Shown in pieces: positions 19,195 through 28,332 of a stretch of 64,000 nucleotides of DNA. Position 1 is the stretch's first letter. Each line of letters begins with the position of its first letter. The stretch is from Deltaproteobacteria bacterium (GTDB taxonomy: Bacteria > Myxococcota_A > Polyangia > Fen-1088). Both the position numbers and the translations under genes were made by a program. The notes under the pieces are model-generated. The model was not told where the DNA came from. It saw only the letters and a list, made by a program, of their open reading frames with translations, and ran no database searches. The stretch is from positions 1 to 64,000 of the forward strand of contig JANRKS010000026.1 of NCBI GenBank assembly GCA_033763315.1. Direction: 5' to 3'.

Positions 19195-20874
19195 ATGGTG
19201 ACTCAGGGTCTCAAACCAGGCAGGGCGTGCTTGCTTTTAGGCGCGGCGCTCGCAGCTTGCAGTGGCAGCGTTGCGGGACAAGACGGCGCGGGCGGTGGAG
19301 GCGGAGGCACCGGTGGCGTCGGCGACCCACCAGATCCGCCCGGTGCGTGTGACACGGTGGGGCCTTCCCCGGTGCGGCGCTTGTCGCAGGCGGAATACCG
19401 GGCGACCCTGCGCGATCTGTTCGCTGGCATTGACGTAGGGCAACCGACGCTGACGCCCGACAACGCCGTTAACGGCTTCGAGAATCGTGCCGACAAATTG
19501 TTTGCCACAGAAGGCAACATTGGTGATTTTTCGAAAGCGGCGATTGGCGTGGCGGCCAAAGCGATCGCAGCCATGGATAAGCTCTTGCCGTGTGCCGCGC
19601 AAGCTGATGAAGCGTGCGGCAAAACCTTCGTGAAGGACTTCGGTGAACGCGCCTTCCGTAGGCCGTTGTCCGCCGATGAACTCACCCGGTACGGGGCCAA
19701 CTTCGAGACCGTTCGTAAAGACATCGGGTTCAAAGAGGCCACACAGTTAACGATCGAAGCGATGTTGCAATCGGTGAATTTTCTTTACCGGTTGGACCTG
19801 GGCGATCCCAATAAAGACGTCAACGGCCGCCGCGGGGTCATCGGTTTCGAGATGGCCAGCCGTTTGTCTTACCTTCTGTGGGGCAGCATGCCGGACGCCG
19901 ACCTTTTCAAGGCGGCCCGCGAGGGCAAGCTCACCGACGACGCCGATATTCTGGCGCAAGCCAAGCGCATGCTCAACGACGAGCACATGCGCGGCCAGAT
20001 GGTGGATTTTCATCGGCAGTGGCTCGATTTCGATCACATCAACCTCGTGTATCAACGTGAGGGTGAAAAAGACGCGACCAAGTATCCAGGCTACACCGCG
20101 GAGCTGCGCGCGGCGATGCGGCAGGAAAGTGATCGCTTCACTGAAATGGTGATGGTGGATGGCTCGCATGTTTTTGCCGATATGCTGACCAGCCGAGCCA
20201 CGTTCGTGAACGCGCCCCTTGCGAAACTTTACGGCCTCAAAGCGCCTCCGAGCGGGTGGGAAAAGGTGGAGCTTCCGCAAGACGAGCGTTCAGGCATTCT
20301 TACCCGCGCGGCCTTCTTGGCCAGCCATGGCCACAAATTCTCGGGCTCGCCGCCCCTGCGCGCCGTTTACGTCATGCGCCGCTTGTTGTGCATGCCAGAA
20401 CTCATTCCCGCAGCGAATGCCAACACAAGTGAACCTGTGCAGAAGGCGGGGGAAGCGCCCAAAACCAACCGGCAGTTGTTTGAAGCGCGGGTTGCCGAAA
20501 ACAACACGTGCAAGGCTTGCCACCAGTTGATTGATCCCATCGGCTTTCCTTTTGAGAACTACGACGCCATCGGCGGCTACCGCAAACAGGATAATGGCAT
20601 CGATGTGGACGCCTCGGGCGAGCTGCAATCCACAGACGTGGACGGCCCTGTGGCAAACGCCATTGAGCTTTCATCCAAGCTGGCCGAAAGCGCACAAGTG
20701 CAGGCCTGCATGGCACGTCAGTGGTTGGGCTTTGCCACTGGTGTTGAACCTGAAGAAGATGATTGCCGCGTCCAGCGGCTGGCAGACGTGCTTAAAGCGG
20801 CCGATGGCGACGTGCACATGTTGTTGTTGTCGTTGGTCAAGTCGCCTGATTTCTTGTCGCGTTCATCCTTTTAG
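19195..20874 (+). CDS. DUF1592-family (DUF1587/1595/1592/1588/1585) haem c lipoprotein, copy 1
   Basis: GAGGAGG RBS; lipobox LAAC; RRLSQAEY, RAFRRPL, ASRLSYLLWGSMPD, CKACHQLIDPIGF. Confidence 0.88.
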   Translation: MVTQGLKPGRACLLLGAALAACSGSVAGQDGAGGGGGGTGGVGDPPDPPGACDTVGPSPVRRLSQAEYRATLRDLFAGIDVGQPTLTPDNAVNGFENRADKLFATEGNIGDFSKAAIGVAAKAIAAMDKLLPCAAQADEACGKTFVKDFGERAFRRPLSADELTRYGANFETVRKDIGFKEATQLTIEAMLQSVNFLYRLDLGDPNKDVNGRRGVIGFEMASRLSYLLWGSMPDADLFKAAREGKLTDDADILAQAKRMLNDEHMRGQMVDFHRQWLDFDHINLVYQREGEKDATKYPGYTAELRAAMRQESDRFTEMVMVDGSHVFADMLTSRATFVNAPLAKLYGLKAPPSGWEKVELPQDERSGILTRAAFLASHGHKFSGSPPLRAVYVMRRLLCMPELIPAANANTSEPVQKAGEAPKTNRQLFEARVAENNTCKACHQLIDPIGFPFENYDAIGGYRKQDNGIDVDASGELQSTDVDGPVANAIELSSKLAESAQVQACMARQWLGFATGVEPEEDDCRVQRLADVLKAADGDVHMLLLSLVKSPDFLSRSSF

Positions 20875-20889
20875 TTTGCGGAGGTCGTT

Positions 20890-22323
20890 ATGAAGTCCAG
20901 TGCCACCTCGCCCTTGTTGTCGATGATCGATCGCCGCGCGTTGCTGAACGTTATGGGTTTAAGCGCCGGCTCGTTGTTTTTGCCGTCGTTGTTGGGTGAC
21001 CGCCGCGCCTATGCGGTTGGGGCGCCCAAGCGCTTGTGGATCTTCCACACGCAACACGGGCCGCATTACCCGCTGTGGAGCATGCGCCGTGGCGGTGCGG
21101 ACACGGCGGCCGATTGGGATTTTACGTTGGCGGATCTACCGGCTGCCAACTGGAGCTACAGCTTGGCTCCGCTTTACGAGCACCGCAATGAGATCAACAT
21201 CGTCGACGGTTTGGCCAATGTCGTTGGATTGGTTGACGATCCGGGAAAGAACAACGCGCACGACATCGGCAATGGAACGATTCTCACAGGACAACACATC
21301 GTGGCCGGCGGAGGCGACAACCGCGGCGGCGGGCCTTCCATCGATCAAGTCATCGGCAAAGCTGTGGCGCAGCCAGGGAAGCGTTCATCGCTTTATGCCA
21401 CCACGTGGGGATCGTGGACGCCGGTGTTTTCAGGCCCAGGCCAACCGATCAAAGGTGTGAACGAGCCGGCGCCCTTGTTTGATTCCATCGCAGGCTTTGC
21501 CACCGGTGGCGCCACCATGGGCACTCCCAAGCCGATCGATAAATTGGCTTTGCGGCGCGCCAGCCTTCCTGATCTCGTGCGTGAGGACTTTAAAGCGGCC
21601 TTGAGCAAAGTGGGCAGTGAAGACAAGCAGAAGCTGCAAAACCACGTAGACCTCATTGATTCGTTGCAAAAGCAGCTCAAAGCCCAAGCCGAAAGCACGG
21701 GCGGCGGTACGGGAAGCGTCGTGGATGGAGCGGCTTGCACGTTCGGCACAAAACCAGGCGGCGTGGCACAAGTTGCCGAAAATGCGATGGCTTCGGTCAA
21801 AGTGCTTACAGCCGCGCTTGCGTGCGACGTCACCCGCGTGGCGATGCAAGTGCACGGTCAATTTGGTCCCGCGGAGTTCGGCGCCAACGTGGGCGATGTG
21901 CACCAGGACATCGCCCACCAAGCGGTGCCCGGCAACCCAGCCGCTATGCAGATGGGCACGTATTACAAAAAACACGCGGAGGAGTTTGCGAAAATCATCG
22001 CAGGTCTTAAAGCCATCAAAGAGGGCAACGGAACAATGCTCGACAACACCGTTGTGGTGTGGACCACCGAGCTGGCGAACGGGCCGCACGATCTGAACCG
22101 CATTCCGTTCGTCATGGCTGGTGGCTGCGGCGGCTATTTCAAGACCGGTCGTTATCTGAAATACGCCGAGACAGCGAAGGTCAACAACCGCACGGTCGGT
22201 CCCGGCCACAACAAGTTGTGGGTATCGGTGATGCAGGCCATGGGCCTGCCGAACAACAGCTTCGGCGCCACCAACACCGGCGGACAAGATCTCACGGGCG
22301 TGTTGCCGCGGCTCAAAGCCTAG
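20890..22323 (+). CDS. DUF1552 (HXXSHH-type) Tat-exported protein, copy 1
   Basis: DRRALL Tat motif; SIDQVI; ALACDVTRV; HQDIAH; MLDNT..WTTE...HDL. Confidence 0.88.
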   Translation: MKSSATSPLLSMIDRRALLNVMGLSAGSLFLPSLLGDRRAYAVGAPKRLWIFHTQHGPHYPLWSMRRGGADTAADWDFTLADLPAANWSYSLAPLYEHRNEINIVDGLANVVGLVDDPGKNNAHDIGNGTILTGQHIVAGGGDNRGGGPSIDQVIGKAVAQPGKRSSLYATTWGSWTPVFSGPGQPIKGVNEPAPLFDSIAGFATGGATMGTPKPIDKLALRRASLPDLVREDFKAALSKVGSEDKQKLQNHVDLIDSLQKQLKAQAESTGGGTGSVVDGAACTFGTKPGGVAQVAENAMASVKVLTAALACDVTRVAMQVHGQFGPAEFGANVGDVHQDIAHQAVPGNPAAMQMGTYYKKHAEEFAKIIAGLKAIKEGNGTMLDNTVVVWTTELANGPHDLNRIPFVMAGGCGGYFKTGRYLKYAETAKVNNRTVGPGHNKLWVSVMQAMGLPNNSFGATNTGGQDLTGVLPRLKA

Positions 22324-22330
22324 CGTCGCC

Positions 22331-23680
22331 TCAGCTGAACAAACCCGCCAGTGGCCCCGTGTTGAACATGGGATCACCGAAGGTCTTATCTTGCGTCCCC
22401 ATCGCGTTTGCGATCGATAAGAACAAATCGTTGTGTGGCTTATTGCTGAAAGTCAGCAGGCGGTTGCCCTTTAAACCCAGGTTGCGACCGCCCAGCAGCA
22501 GGCACGGCAGGTCTTTGAAGGAATGCGTATTACCCACGGCCACTTCGCTGATGGTGAGAATCACGGTGTTATCAAGCAACGTGCCGCCATCGTCGGGCAC
22601 GGCGTCCAGCTTCTTCGCTAGGTTTGCCAGTTGTTGCATGTACCAGGTTTGCATACGCACAAGCGCCCCCACCGCGGCGTCATCGGTGCGGTGAGACAGG
22701 TCGTGGTGCCAGGAAGGAAATTCTCCCGCGAATTTGGGCCACAAGCCCGACTGGGCCGTGGACCACTGCAGGGTCACCACACGTGTGGCGTCACACGATA
22801 AGGCACCCACGGCCAAATCAGACATCATGTTGCCTAATACCGGATGCTGCTCATCGCCCGTCAGCTGCACCGTGGCTGGCGGCGCCGCCGGTTTCACGCA
22901 TGTGCCCAAAGCGCCTCCGGAAGCGGCCAACCGCTTCTCCAACTCAGACACGCTGGCCAAGTGCGTTTGCAGTTTGTCTTTGTCTTCACGACCCACCTCG
23001 CTTTGCACGCGCGCCAAGTCGTCGCGAACGAGATCTAAAATGCTCTTCTTACGCGCCAGCAACTTGGCACGCGCCATCGCGTCCGAGTCGCCCGAGGCGA
23101 ACACCTTTGCGAACACCTTGCGTGGGTCGTCTTCAGATTGTGTGGGCGCGCGAGGGCCGCTGTAACTCAGGTACGAGTAGGGATCGCCCTTGTATTGGCG
23201 GTTGGCCTGTACACCTAGCTGCAAGGAGCCAAAAGGCGTGCCCGCAGCCAGTGTATTGCCGATGTGCTGATCAATGCTGATGCCCGCGCCCCACCCGACT
23301 GCGCCAAACTCAGTCGACTGCACGTCTTGAAACTTGCGCGCTGTTAAAACGTTGGTCATGCCCACGTTGTGGCTGTTGCCGTTGGTGGCGCGCGCGGTTT
23401 CCATGTTGATGCCACGAACCGCTGTTAGCTTTTCTTTCCACGTTTGCAGCGGCGCCAACACGGGGGACAACGAAAGGCCTGTGGCCGATGCCGTTGGCCA
23501 GAATTTCTCCTGCGTGACGCCGTTCGAGAAATAAAACACGATGAGCCGCTTGCGGGGCCCGCTGGCAGCGGCGTGTGCGGGGCGAAGCGATGGCAAGAAA
23601 GGCAACGCCAACGTTGAACCGGCGGCGCCGCGCAACAGATGGCGGCGAGAGGGCATAGAGATCTTGGCACGTCCGTTCAT
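22331..23680 (-). CDS. DUF1552 Tat-exported protein, copy 2
   Basis: SRRHLL; SIDQHI; ALSCDATRV; HHDLSH; LLDNT..SE...H; ATGA overlap with upstream DUF1592. Confidence 0.88.
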   Translation of the reverse strand: MNGRAKISMPSRRHLLRGAAGSTLALPFLPSLRPAHAAASGPRKRLIVFYFSNGVTQEKFWPTASATGLSLSPVLAPLQTWKEKLTAVRGINMETARATNGNSHNVGMTNVLTARKFQDVQSTEFGAVGWGAGISIDQHIGNTLAAGTPFGSLQLGVQANRQYKGDPYSYLSYSGPRAPTQSEDDPRKVFAKVFASGDSDAMARAKLLARKKSILDLVRDDLARVQSEVGREDKDKLQTHLASVSELEKRLAASGGALGTCVKPAAPPATVQLTGDEQHPVLGNMMSDLAVGALSCDATRVVTLQWSTAQSGLWPKFAGEFPSWHHDLSHRTDDAAVGALVRMQTWYMQQLANLAKKLDAVPDDGGTLLDNTVILTISEVAVGNTHSFKDLPCLLLGGRNLGLKGNRLLTFSNKPHNDLFLSIANAMGTQDKTFGDPMFNTGPLAGLFS

Positions 23681-25368
23681 TGCGCCACGCCTTTCGTTGC
23701 AAGCAGCTGCACACTCAATTCCACCAGCAGTTGTTTGAAGTCCCCTCCCGTGCCCTGCAAAGACTGCGTGAGCTTGGCGACCGCACAAGCATCCGATTCG
23801 CCTGCCTCACGACCAAAAGTGAAGCGAAACCACTGCGTGGCCACACATGAAGTCACCTCACGGCTGGCGGCCAACTTTGGCAGCAATGGCATCACGCTGT
23901 TGTAGGTCCCGTCCAAGTCTTCAGTGCTGGTTAGCTCGCCGCTGGCGTTCACGTCCAGCCCCTGGTCCTTCGTGCGGTGTGCGCCCATACCATCGTAGTG
24001 CTCAAACAAGAAGCCCACAGGATCGATCAAACCGTGGCACGACGCACAGCGGGTATCGGACTTATGATCGGAGAAACGTTCGCGCGTGGTTGCGCCGGGC
24101 CGCACGATGGGCGGCATGATCTCAATGTCGTTGGGCGGTGACGGCAGGGGTTGGCACAACAAGCGCTCGCGCATGAACTTGCCACGCATGATCGGCGACG
24201 ATTGGTTTGGGTGACCATGCGCGGCCATCATTCCGCCGGAAGTCAACACGCCCTGCCGTTCCCCCGCCGGCCATTTCACAAGCGCGAAGCCTGCAGCCGA
24301 AGGAGCGTTGGCGCCGTAAAACGCCGCGAGCTCCGCGTTCATGAACGTTTGACCAGACAAGAACAACTGCGATAGCGTGTTCTTCTGCTCGAACATCGCA
24401 AACTCGACGTCGCGCTCAAGTTGCTGACGAAAGAGCTCGGCAAGCTTCGGCGTGAACGTCGGATAAGTGGCCGTATCCTTGGATAGGCCTGGCAAGGTGT
24501 CGTACTCGAGCCACTGCTCAAAGAAGTGTTTCGCCTGGCTGCGGGTGCGCGGATCGTTGAGCATGCGTTGCGCTTGCGCACGCACTTGCGATTCAGTCCC
24601 CAGACTCTTCGCGCGGGCTGCTGCAAACAAGTTGGCATCGGGCATGTCGCCCCACAACAGATACGATAGCCGTGAAGCCATGGCCCAATCGTCGGGCCGC
24701 ACATGACCTCGGCCATCGTCCACAAAGCTTTCACGTTGGTAAAGAAAGCTGGGGCTTTGCAACAAAGCTGCCACGTACATACGCACAGCTTCTTGCGCGC
24801 CTGCAGTCATCTTGGCCGCGTCCACGAAGCTCACATGCTTGCCAAGTTGTTCAGCGTTCAAAGGACGCCGAAAAGCGCGTTCGGACAACGTTTGCACAAA
24901 ACCTCTGAGGCAATTCGCATCTGTGTTCGGATCGCACCCCAAAAGCTTATTCAGATCTTGGCTGGCCTTGGCCGCCACAGTCTCGGCCACCGCATCCCAC
25001 TGTTCAGCCAATCCCACACTGGCGACCTGGTTCTGCGCAAAACCTTCGAATCCAAACGTCTTGGGCTCGGGCAACAAATCGCCAAGTGGCACGTCGACAG
25101 CCAACAGAGATTTGACGGTGGAGGCATATTGCCTGGGCGTGAGGCGCCGCAACGCCGCTGGTGGGGGTGCGCCTGTATCACACGCGTTGGGCGTGGAACC
25201 GGCGCCACCAATGGCGGGCGCACCGGCACCGGTGCCACCTGCGCCGCCTAGGCCGTTTGGATCGTCGGGCCCCCCGGCAACGTCGCGCGGCACTTGCCCC
25301 GTACAGGCGCTCCACAGGCCAAAGACGGCCAAGCCTAGCCAGGCTCTCGACAAAGAATTGAACTGCAT
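23677..25368 (-). CDS. DUF1592-family haem c lipoprotein, copy 2
   Basis: Lipobox WSAC; RRLTPRQY, RAFRRPL, ASRLSYLLWGDMPD, SSPIMRG, CASCHGLIDPVGF. Confidence 0.88.
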   Translation of the reverse strand: MQFNSLSRAWLGLAVFGLWSACTGQVPRDVAGGPDDPNGLGGAGGTGAGAPAIGGAGSTPNACDTGAPPPAALRRLTPRQYASTVKSLLAVDVPLGDLLPEPKTFGFEGFAQNQVASVGLAEQWDAVAETVAAKASQDLNKLLGCDPNTDANCLRGFVQTLSERAFRRPLNAEQLGKHVSFVDAAKMTAGAQEAVRMYVAALLQSPSFLYQRESFVDDGRGHVRPDDWAMASRLSYLLWGDMPDANLFAAARAKSLGTESQVRAQAQRMLNDPRTRSQAKHFFEQWLEYDTLPGLSKDTATYPTFTPKLAELFRQQLERDVEFAMFEQKNTLSQLFLSGQTFMNAELAAFYGANAPSAAGFALVKWPAGERQGVLTSGGMMAAHGHPNQSSPIMRGKFMRERLLCQPLPSPPNDIEIMPPIVRPGATTRERFSDHKSDTRCASCHGLIDPVGFLFEHYDGMGAHRTKDQGLDVNASGELTSTEDLDGTYNSVMPLLPKLAASREVTSCVATQWFRFTFGREAGESDACAVAKLTQSLQGTGGDFKQLLVELSVQLLATKGVAQ

Positions 25369-25438
25369 ATCTTCACAACTTAGACGGCGTCGGCCAGCCA
25401 GTGAGACATGCCTATTTCGCAAGCACCTGATTTAACAG

Positions 25439-26326
25439 CTATTTTCGCCTATTCGGCAACGCCAGGCCCGCCTGCAGAACGCTGGCCAATTGGCTGCGTA
25501 GGGCGCCTATGATTAGCTCTAGCTCCTCATCACCGAGCTTCAGTTCGCGAGCCAGATGAGCCTTGGTGCGGGCCAACACGGTGAGGCGAATAACCTCAAG
25601 CCAGCGCGTGATGGTGCGGCGGGTGACGCCGTACATGCGCGCCAACGCATCGCCGCTGACGCCTTCAAGGAAATGAAAGCGCAGCAAGTTGCGATCGCGT
25701 GGATCAAGCGAGGAAAGCGCCGAAGCCAACGCGTGCTTCAAATCAGCTGTATAGCGAGACGACAAGATCATCAGTTCAAGGTCGGGGGCGAGGAACGTGG
25801 CTGAAAGCGCCTCCACATCTTGCGTGTGCTGCCTGTGAGGATCTTGGCGGGTATCGACGCTCAAGCGAACGGCCACGGCTTTGACCCAGGCCAAAAGGGG
25901 ACCTTTGCCCGCATACGAAGCGATGCGTGGGCGCTGCCCGCGTGCCGCCACCAAGATCCTTTCCAAGACCAACTGTTTAAGCTCGTCTTTGGGCGTTTTG
26001 CCGCGCACCGAGGCCACCGCCACATTCACATAATTGTGCTCAAACACCTCGACGGCTTTCTTGTGATTGTTGGCAAGCGCCAATGCCAAGTAGAGATCGG
26101 ACAAACACAAGCCCGCTATCCACGCGGCAAATTGGGCCGCCTCGATCTGTGCGTCTTGCCAAACGCTGGCCACCCGCTGGGTTAGAGCTGCAGCGCCGCC
26201 CACCTCGAGCGCCGGCCACGCCGCCACGGCAGCTTGCACGGCCGGCACCAATGACATTCGCAGCTGCTGTGCCGTGGGCACGTTGTCGCTTTTGGCGCTG
26301 GCTCGAAGAAATTCTCGCTCGATCAC
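25439..26326 (-). CDS. Myxobacterial-type extended ECF sigma factor
   Basis: DLYLALA, IASYAGKGPLLAWV, region 4 LDPRDRNLLRFHFLEG...YGVTRRTITRWL. Confidence 0.8.
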   Translation of the reverse strand: MIEREFLRASAKSDNVPTAQQLRMSLVPAVQAAVAAWPALEVGGAAALTQRVASVWQDAQIEAAQFAAWIAGLCLSDLYLALALANNHKKAVEVFEHNYVNVAVASVRGKTPKDELKQLVLERILVAARGQRPRIASYAGKGPLLAWVKAVAVRLSVDTRQDPHRQHTQDVEALSATFLAPDLELMILSSRYTADLKHALASALSSLDPRDRNLLRFHFLEGVSGDALARMYGVTRRTITRWLEVIRLTVLARTKAHLARELKLGDEELELIIGALRSQLASVLQAGLALPNRRK

Positions 26327-26409
26327 GGAAGCATCGCCTTAACACAGCCATCACGGGGTAGCCGCCACACATGCGATCACGGCATACTCGCAAGAATCCA
26401 GCCTACGCC

Positions 26410-28254
26410 ATGGCCTGCCTGAGTGAAGAGAAAATTGTGGCTTTCGCCAGCGGGCTGCTGGGGCCGCAAGAACGACGCGAAGCCGAGACACACCTCGACG
26501 GCTGTGTGTCATGTCGCGTGACGGTGGCCGAAGTGTCTACGATGCTGACGCTGGGCCCCGAGTTCGACGCAGGCCTCGGTGACGAGTCGTTGCTCGACGC
26601 CGAAGGACCCCTGGCCAAAGGTACAGCGATCGGGCGCTACTTGGTGATCCAAGTGGTGGGTGGTGGCGCGGGTGGCGTGGTTTATGAGGCTTACGATCCA
26701 CAGCTGGGGCGCAAGGTTGGCCTCAAGCTTCTGCGGGTGAAGGCCAAAGGAGACGCGATGTTGAAACGTCTGCTCGCCGAGGCGCAAGCCATGGCACGGC
26801 TTTCACATCCAAACGTTGTGGCCGTGTTTGATGCGGGTGTGCACGACGGCTGGGTTTATATCGTGCTTGAGTTCGTCGAAGGCCAAACGTTGACGGCCTG
26901 GTTGCAACAGAACCGGCGATCACCGGGAGAGATCATCGAGGTATTCACCGATGTAGCGCAGGGCCTCGCGGCAGCGCACCACGCAGGTGTGATTCATCGT
27001 GATGTGAAGCCAGACAACATGATGGTGACCGCTGACGGCGTGGGAAGGCTCACCGATTTTGGCCTGGCACAAAGCGAGGGACACAGCGACGAAATGGCGG
27101 TGGCAGGGCGCGGAACGCCCGCGTTCATGGCACCGGAACAACGAGCGTCGGGTGCAACCAGCGCGGCATCCGATCAATTTAGTTTCTGTTTGGCACTCGA
27201 TTGGGCGCTTCACGGGCGCACGTTGCCTCCCTTGCGTCACGCGAGGAGCAAGGGCGTGCGCCGCCGCGTGCGCAGAGCGTTGGCGCGCGGAATGAGAAAC
27301 CAACCTGCTGAACGCTGGAAGTCGATGGACGATCTGCTGGCAGCGATTCGGCCGCGCCGCACCCCTTGGGGCTTGCTCGGCATCGCTGCCTTGGCCGTGG
27401 TGGCGCTGCTGGGAGGATGGCGCTTATGGTCGGCGCCGCCCCCAAAAACGCGCGTGGAGCTTTACCCCCACTGCCGAGACGCATTGTACGGCGAAGGCGG
27501 CCATTGTTTCCTGCAAGAGCAACAGCCGCGCGATTTTGCTGGCGCCCAAGCCTGGTGCGAGGCGCACTCTGGATACTTGGCCACGTGCGTGTCGGTCAAC
27601 GAATGTAGATCCATCAATCGTGCCATCGCCACCGGCACCGAGTCTTGGATCGGAATGCGGGTGGGCGCCAAGGGCGAGCCGCAATGGTTGACCGATGAAG
27701 TGCTCTTGCCGCACGCTCGCATCACGCACAAGCGTCGCGCCGAACAGAACTGTGCGTTTGCCGCAAAGGCAGCGATGGCGACGCAGTGGCAATGGGACGC
27801 ATGCGAGACTGTTCGAGGCTTTCTTTGCGAAACACCAAGCTTTGCAACAAATCCTGCCAGCAAGCTTTCCTACAGGGTGAACCCGCAACCACTCACACAC
27901 GAAAACGCTGAGGCCGCGTGCCGCCGCAACGATGGTCGATTGGCGCGCGTGCGCACCGAAGGTGATCAGCTGTTTCTTGAAGCGATGCTGGCATTGGACA
28001 TCACCACATACCCCGTGCTGTGGTTGGGCGCGCGACGTGCCTCAAACGGCGCGGACCTCTTGTGGAACGATGGCAGCAAGCTTGCTTGGCAAAATTTTGC
28101 GTTTCGTCAACCCGACAACTTCGACGGCCAGCAAGGTTGTTTGGCGATTGATATGAAGAGCAAAGGTTGGCACGACAGGTATTGCAGCGCCCGCCACGCG
28201 AGCATCTGTGAGTACGAATTGGTGCCCGACGAACGTCAATACGGAGCGCGCTAA
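26410..28254 (+). CDS. Membrane Ser/Thr kinase with N-terminal ZAS zinc finger and two extracytoplasmic C-type lectin domains
   Basis: HLDGCVSC; GGGAGGVV, HRDVKPDN, DFG, GTPAFMAPE; TM helix; two CTLDs (WIGM/WLGA, QPD, WHD, xxCE). Confidence 0.88.
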   Translation: MACLSEEKIVAFASGLLGPQERREAETHLDGCVSCRVTVAEVSTMLTLGPEFDAGLGDESLLDAEGPLAKGTAIGRYLVIQVVGGGAGGVVYEAYDPQLGRKVGLKLLRVKAKGDAMLKRLLAEAQAMARLSHPNVVAVFDAGVHDGWVYIVLEFVEGQTLTAWLQQNRRSPGEIIEVFTDVAQGLAAAHHAGVIHRDVKPDNMMVTADGVGRLTDFGLAQSEGHSDEMAVAGRGTPAFMAPEQRASGATSAASDQFSFCLALDWALHGRTLPPLRHARSKGVRRRVRRALARGMRNQPAERWKSMDDLLAAIRPRRTPWGLLGIAALAVVALLGGWRLWSAPPPKTRVELYPHCRDALYGEGGHCFLQEQQPRDFAGAQAWCEAHSGYLATCVSVNECRSINRAIATGTESWIGMRVGAKGEPQWLTDEVLLPHARITHKRRAEQNCAFAAKAAMATQWQWDACETVRGFLCETPSFATNPASKLSYRVNPQPLTHENAEAACRRNDGRLARVRTEGDQLFLEAMLALDITTYPVLWLGARRASNGADLLWNDGSKLAWQNFAFRQPDNFDGQQGCLAIDMKSKGWHDRYCSARHASICEYELVPDERQYGAR

Positions 28255-28332
28255 GGCAATACCATCCTGGACCCTTGAGCCCCGCTTCATCCGATTGGCC
28301 ACGAATTCGTTTCACACGTACAATCGCCCCCC

